Of a stretch of DNA of 26,194 nt, positions 1 through 9,127 are shown in pieces (position 1 is the stretch's first letter; every line of letters begins with the position of its first letter). Under the pieces are notes generated by a model. That model did not search any database. It was not told the DNA's origin and saw only the letters and a program-made list of their open reading frames with translations. Position numbers and translations under genes: made by a program. The stretch is from Segatella copri (GTDB lineage: Bacteria; Spirochaetota; Spirochaetia; Sphaerochaetales; Sphaerochaetaceae): the NCBI GenBank assembly GCA_963610855.1, contig CAVDPO010000154.1:8750-34943 (forward strand), written 5' to 3'.

Positions 1-190
1 CTCCAGGGGGATCTGGAACAAGGTTTAGAATACTCATTGCAGTAGTTGTCTTACCTGCGCCAGTTTCTCCTACAAGTCCCAAAGTTCTTTCTTTTCCAAT
101 ACTAAAAGAAATTCCATTTACAGCTCTTACGATTCCGTCTTCTGTTTCATATCGAACGACAAGATCTTTTACTTCAATTATATTTTCCAT
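1..190 (-). CDS. oppD: Oligopeptide/dipeptide ABC transporter ATP-binding subunit (OppD/DppD-like), 5' part only; runs off the window edge
   Basis: Not in the ORF track. Manual translation from ATG at 190: [63 protein letters not shown], with Walker [14 protein letters not shown] upstream; directly downstream of the permease genes. Confidence 0.92.
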   Translation of the reverse strand, partial: MENIIEVKDLVVRYETEDGIVRAVNGISFSIGKERTLGLVGETGAGKTTTAMSILNLVPDPPG

Positions 191-201
191 ATTGCCGTCC
201 T

Positions 202-1104
202 TTATTTTTTAAGTTTAGGGTCCATAGCATCTCTAAGACCATCACCAAGAAGGTTTAGAGCAAGAACCGTGAACATAATTGCGAGTCCTGGGAATAAGCA
301 CATCCATCCAGATGAGCGAATATAAGAACGACCGTCTGAGAGCATAGCTCCCCATTCTGGAGTAGGAGGGGATATACCAACACCCAAGAAGCTAAGTGAA
401 GATGCAGAAATAATATTAGAACCTACTCTAAGAGTTACCTGAACAATAATTGGAGAAAGACAGTTTGGAAGAATATGTTTTAATATAATCTTCCAAGTAG
501 GTAGTCCAATTGCTCTTCCAGCTTCAATATATTCCTGATCTCTTACAGTCATAATTGAAGCTCTTGCAATTCTAGCAAACCCGGCAAACGAGCCCAAGGC
601 CATTGCAATCAACAGGTTTACCATACTCGTACCCAAAAGTGATACAACAACAACTGCCAACATAATATAAGGAATAGAGTAGAAAATATCTGTTGCTCTC
701 ATTATGAGGTTATCAATAAATCCACCGTAATAGCCAGCAATGGCGCCAAAGAAAAGCCCTACTACAAGCCCCAAAGCCGTTGCTCCAAAACTTATGAACA
801 GTGAATATTTTGCGCCGTAAAGAACACGAGCAAAAATATCACGTCCCATGTTATCTGTTCCAAAAATATGTTCTTTACATGGTGCAAGGAATCTATCTTT
901 TGACATTGAGATAATGTCTTTATCGTAATCGTAAATAAAACTGGCAAGAGTAGTCGCAAGAATTAAAAGAATAAGGAACGCAGCTCCAAGCATAGCGCCC
1001 TTGTTCTTTCTAAGTCTTCTCCAAGTTTCTTGAGCCAAAGACCTTCCACGATACGCAATCTCTCCGTTTGGAGTTATTTCATAGTTATCTTTTTTCTTTT
1101 TCAT
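202..1104 (-). CDS. oppC: Peptide ABC transporter permease (OppC/DppC-like)
   Basis: [22 protein letters not shown] loop ([19 protein letters not shown]), PEWGAML and [11 protein letters not shown]. Start moved to MKKKK (1104), just after the oppB stop, to avoid the 68-nt overlap of the track ORF. Confidence 0.93.
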   Translation of the reverse strand: MKKKKDNYEITPNGEIAYRGRSLAQETWRRLRKNKGAMLGAAFLILLILATTLASFIYDYDKDIISMSKDRFLAPCKEHIFGTDNMGRDIFARVLYGAKYSLFISFGATALGLVVGLFFGAIAGYYGGFIDNLIMRATDIFYSIPYIMLAVVVVSLLGTSMVNLLIAMALGSFAGFARIARASIMTVRDQEYIEAGRAIGLPTWKIILKHILPNCLSPIIVQVTLRVGSNIISASSLSFLGVGISPPTPEWGAMLSDGRSYIRSSGWMCLFPGLAIMFTVLALNLLGDGLRDAMDPKLKK

Positions 1105-1108
1105 AGCA

Positions 1109-2044
1109 TCAACCCTTTCCTGAATACTGAGCTTTGATTCTAGGGTCGCAGAAGGCATAAATAATATCGACAACAAGGTTAATTAATGCCATGACGACAC
1201 AGCACAGAATAATTGACCCCGTAACCATTGGTGTGTCTCGTTTATTAATAGAGTCGACAACAAGTCTTCCAATTCCTGGCCATCCAAAAACGGTCTCAGC
1301 AAGTGCAGAACCTGTCATAACAAAGCTAAACTGCATTCCAATTGCAGTTACTATAGGAATCATTGCGTTTCTTAGTCCGTGATTGTAAATAACACGTCTG
1401 CGAGAAGCGCCTTTTGCTTTTGCAGTTGTCATATAGTCCTGTCGAAGAACGTCAAGCATAGCACTTCTTGTTGTTCTAGTAAGAAGAGCTGCAAGACTTA
1501 ATCCAACAGTAATAGCAGGAAGAATTAGGTATCTAATGCCACCTGTTCCTCCGCTAGGTAACCATCCAAGTTTAAGTGAGAACAAAATAATAAGCATAAG
1601 ACCAAGCCAAAAGTTAGGCATTGAAACTCCAAATAGTGCAGCAACTGTTGCAAGAGTGTCTTTCCAAGTGTTCTCATGAAGAGCTGTATAAATTCCTAAT
1701 GGAACAGAAATTATACTCGCAAATATAAGGGCAGTACCCCCTAAAATAAGTGTCATGTGTAAGCGGCCCATAAACGTTTTGAATACGTCTTGCCCGCTAA
1801 TATAAGATGTCCCCATATCTCCTGTAAGGATACCTCCTACATAACGAAAGTATCTCACAAAGAAAGGATCATTAAATCCCATCTCTTCCCTAAGTTGCTG
1901 TCTTTGTTCGTACGTAGCATTTTCAGGAAGAAGTTGGTCTGCAGGGTCTCCTCCTGCAAGATCCATTGCCCAAAATATAAGCAATGAAGTGACTAGCAAG
2001 GTTGGAATAATGATTATCAACCTTTTAAGTATGTATTTAATCAT
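1109..2044 (-). CDS. oppB: Peptide ABC transporter permease (OppB/DppB-like)
   Basis: MIKYILKRL N-terminus, GDPA, SMPNFWLG, EAA loop (DYMTTAKAKG) and ETVFGWPGIG. Confidence 0.94.
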   Translation of the reverse strand: MIKYILKRLIIIIPTLLVTSLLIFWAMDLAGGDPADQLLPENATYEQRQQLREEMGFNDPFFVRYFRYVGGILTGDMGTSYISGQDVFKTFMGRLHMTLILGGTALIFASIISVPLGIYTALHENTWKDTLATVAALFGVSMPNFWLGLMLIILFSLKLGWLPSGGTGGIRYLILPAITVGLSLAALLTRTTRSAMLDVLRQDYMTTAKAKGASRRRVIYNHGLRNAMIPIVTAIGMQFSFVMTGSALAETVFGWPGIGRLVVDSINKRDTPMVTGSIILCCVVMALINLVVDIIYAFCDPRIKAQYSGKG

Positions 2045-2076
2045 GCTTTTTACGTTCCCGGTTTAATGAAATTAGC

Positions 2077-2106
2077 ATGGAAGAACCGATTTCTCGGTTC
2101 TTCCAT
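2077..2106 (-). terminator. Perfect 13-bp hairpin between the binding-protein and permease genes (partial terminator or mRNA-stabilising stem)
   Basis: ATGGAAGAACCGA (2077-2089) / TCGGTTCTTCCAT (2094-2106); GAAA tetraloop on the - strand; no long U-tract follows. Confidence 0.7.
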
Positions 2107-2129
2107 AAATTTAAGCGTAATAAATAAAA

Positions 2130-3698
2130 TTACAGCTCAATGTAAGCAAGGGACCAGTCATGAGCACCACCACCCTGGAGGTACTGACCTTTAAGGCCCT
2201 TGTTATAAGCGATAACTAGATCTGGAACATAAAGAGGAATTTGTGGAACGAGTTCTACAAGATAGTTCTGAAGGTCATGAGAATACTGTAAGCGTAACTC
2301 TGGATTCTTCTCTGTGAGAACTTTATCAGCCATTTCGTCTACGTAAGAATCCTTAAGCTGGTGATAGTTTGTAGGATAATTTGTATAGAAGATTTCTCTG
2401 TAAGTCTCGTCAACACGTGCAGCAATGTTCCATCTCCACAGGAAGAGTTCTTGGTGTCCATTAGCACACTCTGTCTTGAGAGTTGCTTGGTCCATAGACT
2501 TAATTACTACGTTAATTCCAATTTCCTTCAAGTTAGCCTGAATAATAGGAGCTATAGTCTTGTAAGGGTTGTCTGTTGCAGCTGTAAGCTCAAGTGTAAG
2601 CTCGCCTGGCTTGTATCCAGCTTCTGCTAAGAGTTTCTTTGCTCTCTCAACATCATAAGCATATCCACCTTCAACTTCGTCGTTGTCAAGGAATGACCAT
2701 GCGCCTCTGTTAAGGATTGAAGTCTGCCACTGTCCTCTACCTTCAAGAACAATGTCTACAATTGCCTGTTTGTCAATAGCACAAGAGATAGCTTGTCTGA
2801 GTTTCTTGTTTGTAATCTTTTCAACGTTGAAGCCCATGTAGAACAATCTTGTTCCAGCCTGTGTATGAACTGTAATGTTTTTGTCTTCTGCCAAGAATTT
2901 AAGGTCAGTTGTAGGTGGGTCAATACAAACATCAATTTCTCCGTTCTGGAGAGCAATTGCGCGCTGTGAATCTTCAAGAAGGAATTTGTAAGTGATTTCT
3001 TTTGCTTTTGGCATTGCATCTTTATTCCAATAATCTTCAACAGCTTCGTATGTTACATACTGTCCATTCTTCCATTCTTTGAACTTGAAAGGACCAGATC
3101 CAATAAGCCATGGCTCTGAGTTGTTAGGATCTTCATAAGCAGCCTTGCTTTGAATACAAAGAGGATAACCTGTAAGGCTATAGATAAGTTCATTACTGTA
3201 TGCACTTGTCTCAATTTCAACTGTGTATTCATCAAGAGCCTTAACTCCAACAATAAGTCCCAATGTTCCAGAAACTCTTGAAATGTTTGTATCTGGGGAC
3301 TTTGCTCTGTTAAGAGTAAACTCTACGTCATACGCTGTAACAGGAGTCTTGTTAGCATCATTAAAGTGAGCATTGCGAACAAGGTGGAATACGAGGTGTG
3401 TATCATCTACCCATTCCCATGACTCTGCCAGTTCAGGTTTTACTTCATAACCATTGTTTCCATCTGTCCAAATAAGTCTCTCGTGAGAAAGAGCAAAACA
3501 GTTATTGTTAATTTGGTCGTTTTGCATCATTGGGTTTTGAGTGTTGATTTCCTGAGCAACACCAATTACAAGAGTGTCTTTAATCTTTGGGCCACTAGAA
3601 GCGGTTGTTGTGCTAGAAGAAGCTTCCTTGCCTCCATTTGCGAAAACACAGGTCAAAGTCATCATTGCAATGAGCATAAGAGCTAATGTTTTTTTCAT
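2130..3698 (-). CDS. oppA: Family 5 extracellular solute-binding protein (OppA/DppA-like)
   Basis: Signal peptide ending VFANGGKE, PELAESWEW, PVTAYDVEFT, IGSGPFKFKEW and LRQAISCAIDKQAI; GGAGG RBS upstream. Confidence 0.93.
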   Translation of the reverse strand: MKKTLALMLIAMMTLTCVFANGGKEASSSTTTASSGPKIKDTLVIGVAQEINTQNPMMQNDQINNNCFALSHERLIWTDGNNGYEVKPELAESWEWVDDTHLVFHLVRNAHFNDANKTPVTAYDVEFTLNRAKSPDTNISRVSGTLGLIVGVKALDEYTVEIETSAYSNELIYSLTGYPLCIQSKAAYEDPNNSEPWLIGSGPFKFKEWKNGQYVTYEAVEDYWNKDAMPKAKEITYKFLLEDSQRAIALQNGEIDVCIDPPTTDLKFLAEDKNITVHTQAGTRLFYMGFNVEKITNKKLRQAISCAIDKQAIVDIVLEGRGQWQTSILNRGAWSFLDNDEVEGGYAYDVERAKKLLAEAGYKPGELTLELTAATDNPYKTIAPIIQANLKEIGINVVIKSMDQATLKTECANGHQELFLWRWNIAARVDETYREIFYTNYPTNYHQLKDSYVDEMADKVLTEKNPELRLQYSHDLQNYLVELVPQIPLYVPDLVIAYNKGLKGQYLQGGGAHDWSLAYIEL

Positions 3699-3840
3699 TT
3701 TTTCCCTCCGTTTTGGTTTTAAGAGAACAAAAATATGTTCTCAACGGACATGATTGTAACATACATAGATGAAATTTTGGGAAAAAAGTAGTAAAATTAG
3801 AGTAAAAAAATAGCAAAGGTGAAAAAAGCCTTATAGAGCC

Positions 3841-4020
3841 ATGATTTACAACAGTTGTATTAATAAAGAAGAAAAGCAAGAAAAAGATACTAAAGCAGAA
3901 CAACGCACTGACACAAAAAACAGCAAGGAAGGTGGAACCTACTGCTGTATGGAGTGTGGAAAACGTTTTGCAACCCACGGAGCTTACATTTTACACCTAA
4001 AAGAAGAACATGCAATTTAA
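3841..4020 (+). CDS. Small (59 aa) protein with a single classical C2H2 zinc finger
   Basis: Absent from the ORF track (shorter than every listed ORF). Translation: MIYNSCINKEEKQEKDTKAEQRTDTKNSKEGGTYCCMECGKRFATHGAYILHLKEEHAI. C36-x2-C39-x3-F-x8-H52-x4-H57 fits the classical C2H2 pattern. It fills an otherwise empty 420-nt intergenic gap. The RBS is weak. Confidence 0.75.
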   Translation: MIYNSCINKEEKQEKDTKAEQRTDTKNSKEGGTYCCMECGKRFATHGAYILHLKEEHAI

Positions 4021-4069
4021 GTTTCTATAGAGGGCCAATTCTTGTAGAGTTTTTGTAAAACAGCTTTTG

Positions 4070-4098
4070 TTGCCAGCTCCATTTTTCTGTGTTAAATT
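4070..4098 (+). promoter_or_regulatory. Putative sigma70 promoter for the DUF2188 gene
   Basis: TTGCCA-17 nt-TAAATT with a TG extension, followed by GGAGG and ATG at 4120. Confidence 0.55.
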
Positions 4099-4119
4099 AG
4101 CACATGGAGGGTTCAATCT

Positions 4120-4425
4120 ATGGCAACCAAAAAAGATAAAAAAGCTCCCAAAAAGGAAGTTGTAGTAGAAACTGAAGCAAAAAAAGAACCAAAAGATGTA
4201 CATGAGCTTCTTTGGGTTCAAGAAAAAGGCTGGGGCGTAAAGCGTCAAGGAAGTGAGAAAGTCATTAAATATTTTAAGACCAAACTTGAAGCAACTGAAT
4301 ATATTGTACAAGTTAGTGGCAACCAAGGAACAAGAGTTGTTATTCACCTTAAAAACGGAAAGTTCCAAAAGTTTGATAATGCTATGAGAGCTCTCTCTTA
4401 TGCAAAAGAAGATAAAGAAGAATAA
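4120..4425 (+). CDS. DUF2188-family protein with a Lys/Glu-rich N-terminus
   Basis: GWGVKRQGSEKVIKYFKTKLEA...VVIHLKNGKFQ resembles the DUF2188 pattern (W-x-VK..G..F.T..EA..IH..G..Q); strong GGAGG RBS. Confidence 0.75.
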   Translation: MATKKDKKAPKKEVVVETEAKKEPKDVHELLWVQEKGWGVKRQGSEKVIKYFKTKLEATEYIVQVSGNQGTRVVIHLKNGKFQKFDNAMRALSYAKEDKEE

Positions 4426-4475
4426 ACTTCCTACAAAGGTTTTTGTAAAACCTCAAAGATAAAAAATTTTTTAGA

Positions 4476-4524
4476 GACCACTGAGAATTTTTGCTTAATG
4501 AGAGGTTCACAGTGGTTTTTATTT
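4476..4524 (+). terminator. Possible intrinsic terminator after the DUF2188 gene
   Basis: ACCACTG (4477-4483) / CAGTGGT (4510-4516), with an imperfect inner stem, followed by TTTTATTT. Confidence 0.45.
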
Positions 4525-4548
4525 ACACAAACCGCTATTATTCAAATT

Positions 4549-5157
4549 ATGAAAACAATACTTAGAATTTTAATAATACTTGATTTTGCAGCTGTAGTGT
4601 TTATTCCAAACATTTATCTATCTCGCTCAATAATGATCCCAATGTTTGCAGTAATGATTGGCCTTGTTGTTCTTTATTGGTTTGCAATGTTTTGGGTAAG
4701 TAAAAAAGATGCCGTAAAAGTGCTGAAGAAAGACCCCATTTTTGATATTTTTGCAGGAAAAATTCCAACAGATCCATCTGCAGATCTAACAAGAGGCCGT
4801 CTTTGCATTGTAGACGACACATTAAAACTCTTACAACGTAATGATGATAAAGAAAGAAAAAATGCACCATGCAAAGAAGTTTGGTCATTAAAAACTAAAG
4901 AAATAACATCCCTTGGCTTTGGAAAAGTTCTTCCAGCCCGCAAAGGTCTTATCATTTATATGGGAGATGATGAAGTCAAATTCACTTGCTCAAAAATAAC
5001 TAAGCAAAAAGAAGAATTGTATAAAGCTCTGGGATGGAATTTAGAATTATTGAAAGCTCAGCAAGAGAAACAGCAAAACGACAGCCAAATCATAGAAACA
5101 AAAACCCATGAAAAAGAAGAACACCAAAAGGTAGTGCAAAATGAAAACCAACAATGA
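4549..5157 (+). CDS. Hypothetical membrane protein (two N-terminal TM helices, soluble beta-rich domain, Q/E/K-rich tail)
   Basis: Hydrophobic segments at the N-terminus. Start moved to MKTILR (4549) because the track's upstream extension overlaps the terminator-like hairpin. Overlaps the next gene by 17 nt. Confidence 0.75.
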   Translation: MKTILRILIILDFAAVVFIPNIYLSRSIMIPMFAVMIGLVVLYWFAMFWVSKKDAVKVLKKDPIFDIFAGKIPTDPSADLTRGRLCIVDDTLKLLQRNDDKERKNAPCKEVWSLKTKEITSLGFGKVLPARKGLIIYMGDDEVKFTCSKITKQKEELYKALGWNLELLKAQQEKQQNDSQIIETKTHEKEEHQKVVQNENQQ

Positions 5158-5662
5158 GCCAAATAATTCAATTAGAATTATCACCACAGGTGGTACTTTT
5201 GACAAACTCTATGATGAAATTCGAGGCGAACTAACTTTCAAAGACTCTCATCTACCACGAATACTAGAGCAATCTCGTTGCACAATAAAAACTAACGTTG
5301 AAAACTGCCTTGCAATAGACAGCCTTTACATGACACAAGAACACAGGCTCAAAATAGCAAAAGCTTGCCTAGAAAGCCCAGAAGATAGAATTGTCGTAAT
5401 CCATGGGACCGATACCATGGTAGACACCGCAAAAGTAATTGCAAAAGAACTTGGAGATAATCCTCAAAAAACTATTGTACTCACTGGTGCAATGGTTCCG
5501 TATGCACTTGAAAGCTCAGACTCTGTATTTAATCTTGGTTGTGCAATAATGGCAGTACAACTTAAAAAAAGCGGAGTCTACGTTTGCATGTGTGGCCAAA
5601 TTTTTAACTACGACAATGTACGAAAAAACAAAGAAAAAGGCATTTTTGAAAAACTAAACTAG
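5141..5662 (+). CDS. Short-chain L-asparaginase (N-terminal catalytic domain only)
   Basis: Both class 1 asparaginase Thr motifs are present (ITTGGTF and IHGTDTM), plus IVLTGAM; 173 aa. Confidence 0.85.
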   Translation: MKTNNEPNNSIRIITTGGTFDKLYDEIRGELTFKDSHLPRILEQSRCTIKTNVENCLAIDSLYMTQEHRLKIAKACLESPEDRIVVIHGTDTMVDTAKVIAKELGDNPQKTIVLTGAMVPYALESSDSVFNLGCAIMAVQLKKSGVYVCMCGQIFNYDNVRKNKEKGIFEKLN

Positions 5663-5750
5663 AAACTACACAAAGAAGCAAAGCCACACTAAAAAACAGT
5701 TCCTAAGTTTCACAAACGCCATTTACACTTTTTCTCTTTGTCTTTTACTC

Positions 5751-6386
5751 TTAACCTTTCACAATATCAATAATTGTCTTTGCACTTGAAATTGTACCAC
5801 TTTCTCCTTTGTTAAAACCAAAACCCCAATCAACACAAATGCAATCACAACCAGCCAAAGAAGCACCATCTTTATCTATAGTAGTATCGCCAACCAAAAC
5901 ACTCTGAGACGGCGTTACACCCATTTTCTCAAAACCTTTCTTCAAAAGGCCTGCCTTTGTAGCCTCTCCTGCAAGATCCAAACCTAGCATTTGGTCAAAA
6001 AGATTTACAATACCAAAATGCGTACACATTTCAATAACAAGGTCTTCATTCTTCATAGACGCAACAGCAAGCTTACAACCCATAGACTTCAAAGTTTTGA
6101 GAGTATCTACAATTCCAGGATAAAAAGAAGCTAAAAACCTACCCTCTTTTTCATAATAAATCCGGTACTGTCTCACAAGCTCTTTTACAATATCATCATC
6201 TTTGACACCAAAAGTTATCCTAAAACAGTCCCCAATAGGAGGCCCAATAAAAGAGCGCCAAACAGTATGCTCTTCATCAATTGGAAGTCCAAGTTTTTCC
6301 ATTGCATAACGCCCACCGGCATAAATGCCCGTAGATGTATCCATTAAAGTCCCATCAAAATCAAAAAAAACAGCCTTATATCTCAC
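5751..6386 (-). CDS. HAD-superfamily hydrolase (phosphoglycolate phosphatase/5'-nucleotidase-like)
   Basis: Motif I FDFDGTL, FIGPP cap, motif II VAS, Lys in TKA and motif IV VGDTTID. Confidence 0.9.
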   Translation of the reverse strand: MRYKAVFFDFDGTLMDTSTGIYAGGRYAMEKLGLPIDEEHTVWRSFIGPPIGDCFRITFGVKDDDIVKELVRQYRIYYEKEGRFLASFYPGIVDTLKTLKSMGCKLAVASMKNEDLVIEMCTHFGIVNLFDQMLGLDLAGEATKAGLLKKGFEKMGVTPSQSVLVGDTTIDKDGASLAGCDCICVDWGFGFNKGESGTISSAKTIIDIVKG

Positions 6387-7879
6387 TCATCACCCCTTTG
6401 TGCAATAGCAAGACCCATTTTTTCAACGACCTTCCATTGCCACGAAGAGAACACAAATTTTGTAATCTTATTATAAAGAGCACTCTCCAACACGCCATTT
6501 TCATTCAAATAAAGCTCAACAGAATGCCAAACATCACGCTTTTTTGCATACATGAGAGCGCCAATATGCTCCTTTCTTTGGATTTCAAGCATGGGGTCTT
6601 TTGACAACCTAAACACACAGACCGATATTGCCGTACTAGGAATTACAAGCACTTTATCACGCCCGTCATCTTTACAGGCACAAACAGCTTTATCAATCAT
6701 AGTAGAAAGCTCAACTCTTTGAACATCATCACAACTGTCAACATACGAAGTAAATGGATTTGGACTTCCAAATGCCTTCAACACAATATCCAAGACCCCT
6801 ATACTTGTGCTCTCGTTTTGTAGTTTTAGTTCTGGCACAGGTGCCATTTCTTGTTTTGGTTCTTGTATAAGCGCAGGCTCAACTTCTTGCTCCATCTCCA
6901 AAGAAGGTTCAACATTTGGCTTTATCTCTTGCTCCAAAATAGGATCACTTGACCTCTCAAGTTCCGGCTCTGCCACCGGCACCACCTCTAGATCCTCAAA
7001 GCAATCAAAAAGAGATTTTTCTTCATACGGGTCGCTCTCTTTATTGCAAGAAAACTCATTCTCACAAGAGACTTTGCTTTCACAAGGCTCTTCATTCTCC
7101 ACAGGAGAAAGAACAGCTAACATTTCACGAATATTTACAAGACTAAACCGTGTTACAAAACCATAATACCGCCCAGAATATTTAATAAATGGAGTTTCAA
7201 GATATTTTACAGAACTTCCAATAACACCATATGGCGAATCTTCTAAGACTTCCACAGATGAATACAAAAGAGATAAAAACTCACAAATAGACTCGTCTAA
7301 CGTACTTGTTTCTTGAACATCATAGCCCGCAAAGCCACAAGTAGTAGAATTTTCTGCATCAATTAAAGAAAAAAAGCTATTGTTTACATTTTCGTCATTA
7401 CAAACATTGACTAAATTTTCATTAGGAAAAACCTTAGAGTATAACTCACATCTAAGAGAAAACATACCATCAAGAGATGTCTTTCCCGTAGCTCTCTCTA
7501 AGAGCACACAATAATCAATATATCGCATTGTTGCTTTAAGATTTTCAATCATAAGACGGTGTAAATTACGGCAAGTTTTAGCCAACATTGAAGTCTCTTC
7601 ATCTAACGGTAAAAAATAGGCTTCTTTTTGGAACGCCATTGCGTGTAAAAACACAATAAGACAATCAGTAGCTTTTTTAGAAAAATTGTCATTGCCAAAA
7701 GAAAGATTGTGTTGATTTACATATTTTAGAGCACAAGCAATATTTACATTCAAAGCTTCTTTAACAAGCTCTTTTTTGTATAGCTCAAGATAAGAACTCT
7801 GCTGACTAATATTTTTTTGAAGCTTCTCAACAGAGATATTTGTCATCTCGTTCAAGTCCCATGAAAGATAGCAATCCAT
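6383..7879 (-). CDS. Hypothetical protein with a central acidic Glu/Pro-rich low-complexity linker
   Basis: 498-aa ORF with GGAG RBS; 4-nt ATGA-type overlap with the HAD gene; no family recognised with confidence. Confidence 0.75.
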   Translation of the reverse strand: MDCYLSWDLNEMTNISVEKLQKNISQQSSYLELYKKELVKEALNVNIACALKYVNQHNLSFGNDNFSKKATDCLIVFLHAMAFQKEAYFLPLDEETSMLAKTCRNLHRLMIENLKATMRYIDYCVLLERATGKTSLDGMFSLRCELYSKVFPNENLVNVCNDENVNNSFFSLIDAENSTTCGFAGYDVQETSTLDESICEFLSLLYSSVEVLEDSPYGVIGSSVKYLETPFIKYSGRYYGFVTRFSLVNIREMLAVLSPVENEEPCESKVSCENEFSCNKESDPYEEKSLFDCFEDLEVVPVAEPELERSSDPILEQEIKPNVEPSLEMEQEVEPALIQEPKQEMAPVPELKLQNESTSIGVLDIVLKAFGSPNPFTSYVDSCDDVQRVELSTMIDKAVCACKDDGRDKVLVIPSTAISVCVFRLSKDPMLEIQRKEHIGALMYAKKRDVWHSVELYLNENGVLESALYNKITKFVFSSWQWKVVEKMGLAIAQRGDE

Positions 7880-7907
7880 CTCAAACTCCCAGTCTTTTAG
7901 CTTCTAT

Positions 7908-9101
7908 TTAGCTTCTATTATTATAAGCTTTAAGCCCCTCTTCTAAACATTTACATGCACGAGCTAAATCGTCAACATTCAAAACATAAGCAATTCGCAC
8001 TTCATTTTTTCCAAGACCAGAGGTTTCATAAAAACCCTCTGCCGGAGCAAGCATAACAGTCTCATTGTTATATGAAAAATCTTTAAGCATAAAAGTTGCA
8101 AAATCTTCTGCATCTTCAACAGGAAGTTTTGCAATAAGATAAAAAGCTCCTTTTGGTTTTGCACATTTAACACCTGGAATTTTCCTTAATGCTTCTACGA
8201 TAAAATCACGCCTTTTTTCATATTCCTTATGAACTTCATCCATGTAATCTTGTGGAGCACTTAGGGCAGCCAAAGCTGCATACTGTTCAACAGAAGGAGG
8301 ACAAAGCCTTGCTTGGCTTAATTTCAAAGTCTCTCTTATAACATTTTTGTTACGGCTTACAATTGCACCAACTCTAGCACCACACATTGAAAAACGTTTT
8401 GAGAAACTGTCTACGCAAATAACTCTGTCTGCATAATTTGTATACTTGAGAATACTTGTAAAAACTTCGCCGTCGTAACAAAACTCCCTGTAAACTTCAT
8501 CTACTATTAAAAACAAATCATGCTTAACGCAAATGTCTAAGATTGTTTTATATTCTTGAGGTGTATACACATGTCCTGTTGGGTTGTTAGGACTGCAAAG
8601 AAGAATTGCCATTGTCTTTTTTGTAATCTTAGACTCAATAACCTCTAAAGGTGGTAGTACAAAACCATTGTCAAAAACACTTGTAACAGGAACAATTTTT
8701 ACATTTGCCATACCAGCAAAAGAGTGCACATTTGTGTAATAAGGCTCTGGAACTATAATCTCGTCATCTGGGTCACATAATGTCATAAAAGAAAAAAGCA
8801 ATGCTTCAGAACCACCAGTTGTAATTAGTATATCACTTGCTTCAACATCTACGCCAAGACGCTTGTAATATTGAACAAGACCTTGCCTTAAAGGCATGTC
8901 TCCGTCACTTTCTCCATAAGAGATAATTCCATACGGGTAGTTGTGAACAGCATCTATTGCAACTTGAGGAGTTTTAATGTCAGGCTGACCAATATTCAAA
9001 TGGTAAACTTTTATACCTTTTGCTTTTGCTTGTATGGCATAAGGAGACAGCCTTCTAATAGGAGATGCTTGAAAACCTCTTATTCTTGCCGATATTTCCA
9101 T
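7908..9101 (-). CDS. PLP-dependent class I/II aminotransferase (aspartate aminotransferase-like)
   Basis: LNIGQPD, TTGGSEAL, SPNNPTG, DEVY, SFSKRFSMCGARVG (PLP lysine) and PKGAFY. Confidence 0.93.
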   Translation of the reverse strand: MEISARIRGFQASPIRRLSPYAIQAKAKGIKVYHLNIGQPDIKTPQVAIDAVHNYPYGIISYGESDGDMPLRQGLVQYYKRLGVDVEASDILITTGGSEALLFSFMTLCDPDDEIIVPEPYYTNVHSFAGMANVKIVPVTSVFDNGFVLPPLEVIESKITKKTMAILLCSPNNPTGHVYTPQEYKTILDICVKHDLFLIVDEVYREFCYDGEVFTSILKYTNYADRVICVDSFSKRFSMCGARVGAIVSRNKNVIRETLKLSQARLCPPSVEQYAALAALSAPQDYMDEVHKEYEKRRDFIVEALRKIPGVKCAKPKGAFYLIAKLPVEDAEDFATFMLKDFSYNNETVMLAPAEGFYETSGLGKNEVRIAYVLNVDDLARACKCLEEGLKAYNNRS

Positions 9102-9127
9102 TTATGAGACTCCTCCTAATTTTGTAT

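Noticed and set aside
3847..3859. Palindrome TACAAC-A-GTTGTA as an operator for the opp operon
   Set aside because: It lies within the first codons of the 59-aa ORF, is single-copy and is short enough to be chance.
3613..3978. 121-aa - strand ORF rich in Phe/Leu
   Set aside because: It is the antisense of an A-rich region and of the zinc-finger ORF, and overlaps the oppA start out of frame; the + strand frame has the recognisable motif.
8019..8040. AGAGGTTTCATAAAAACCCTCT, similar to the dispersed palindrome
   Set aside because: It is inside the aminotransferase CDS at a conserved segment (AEGFYETS), so I did not count it as an independent copy.
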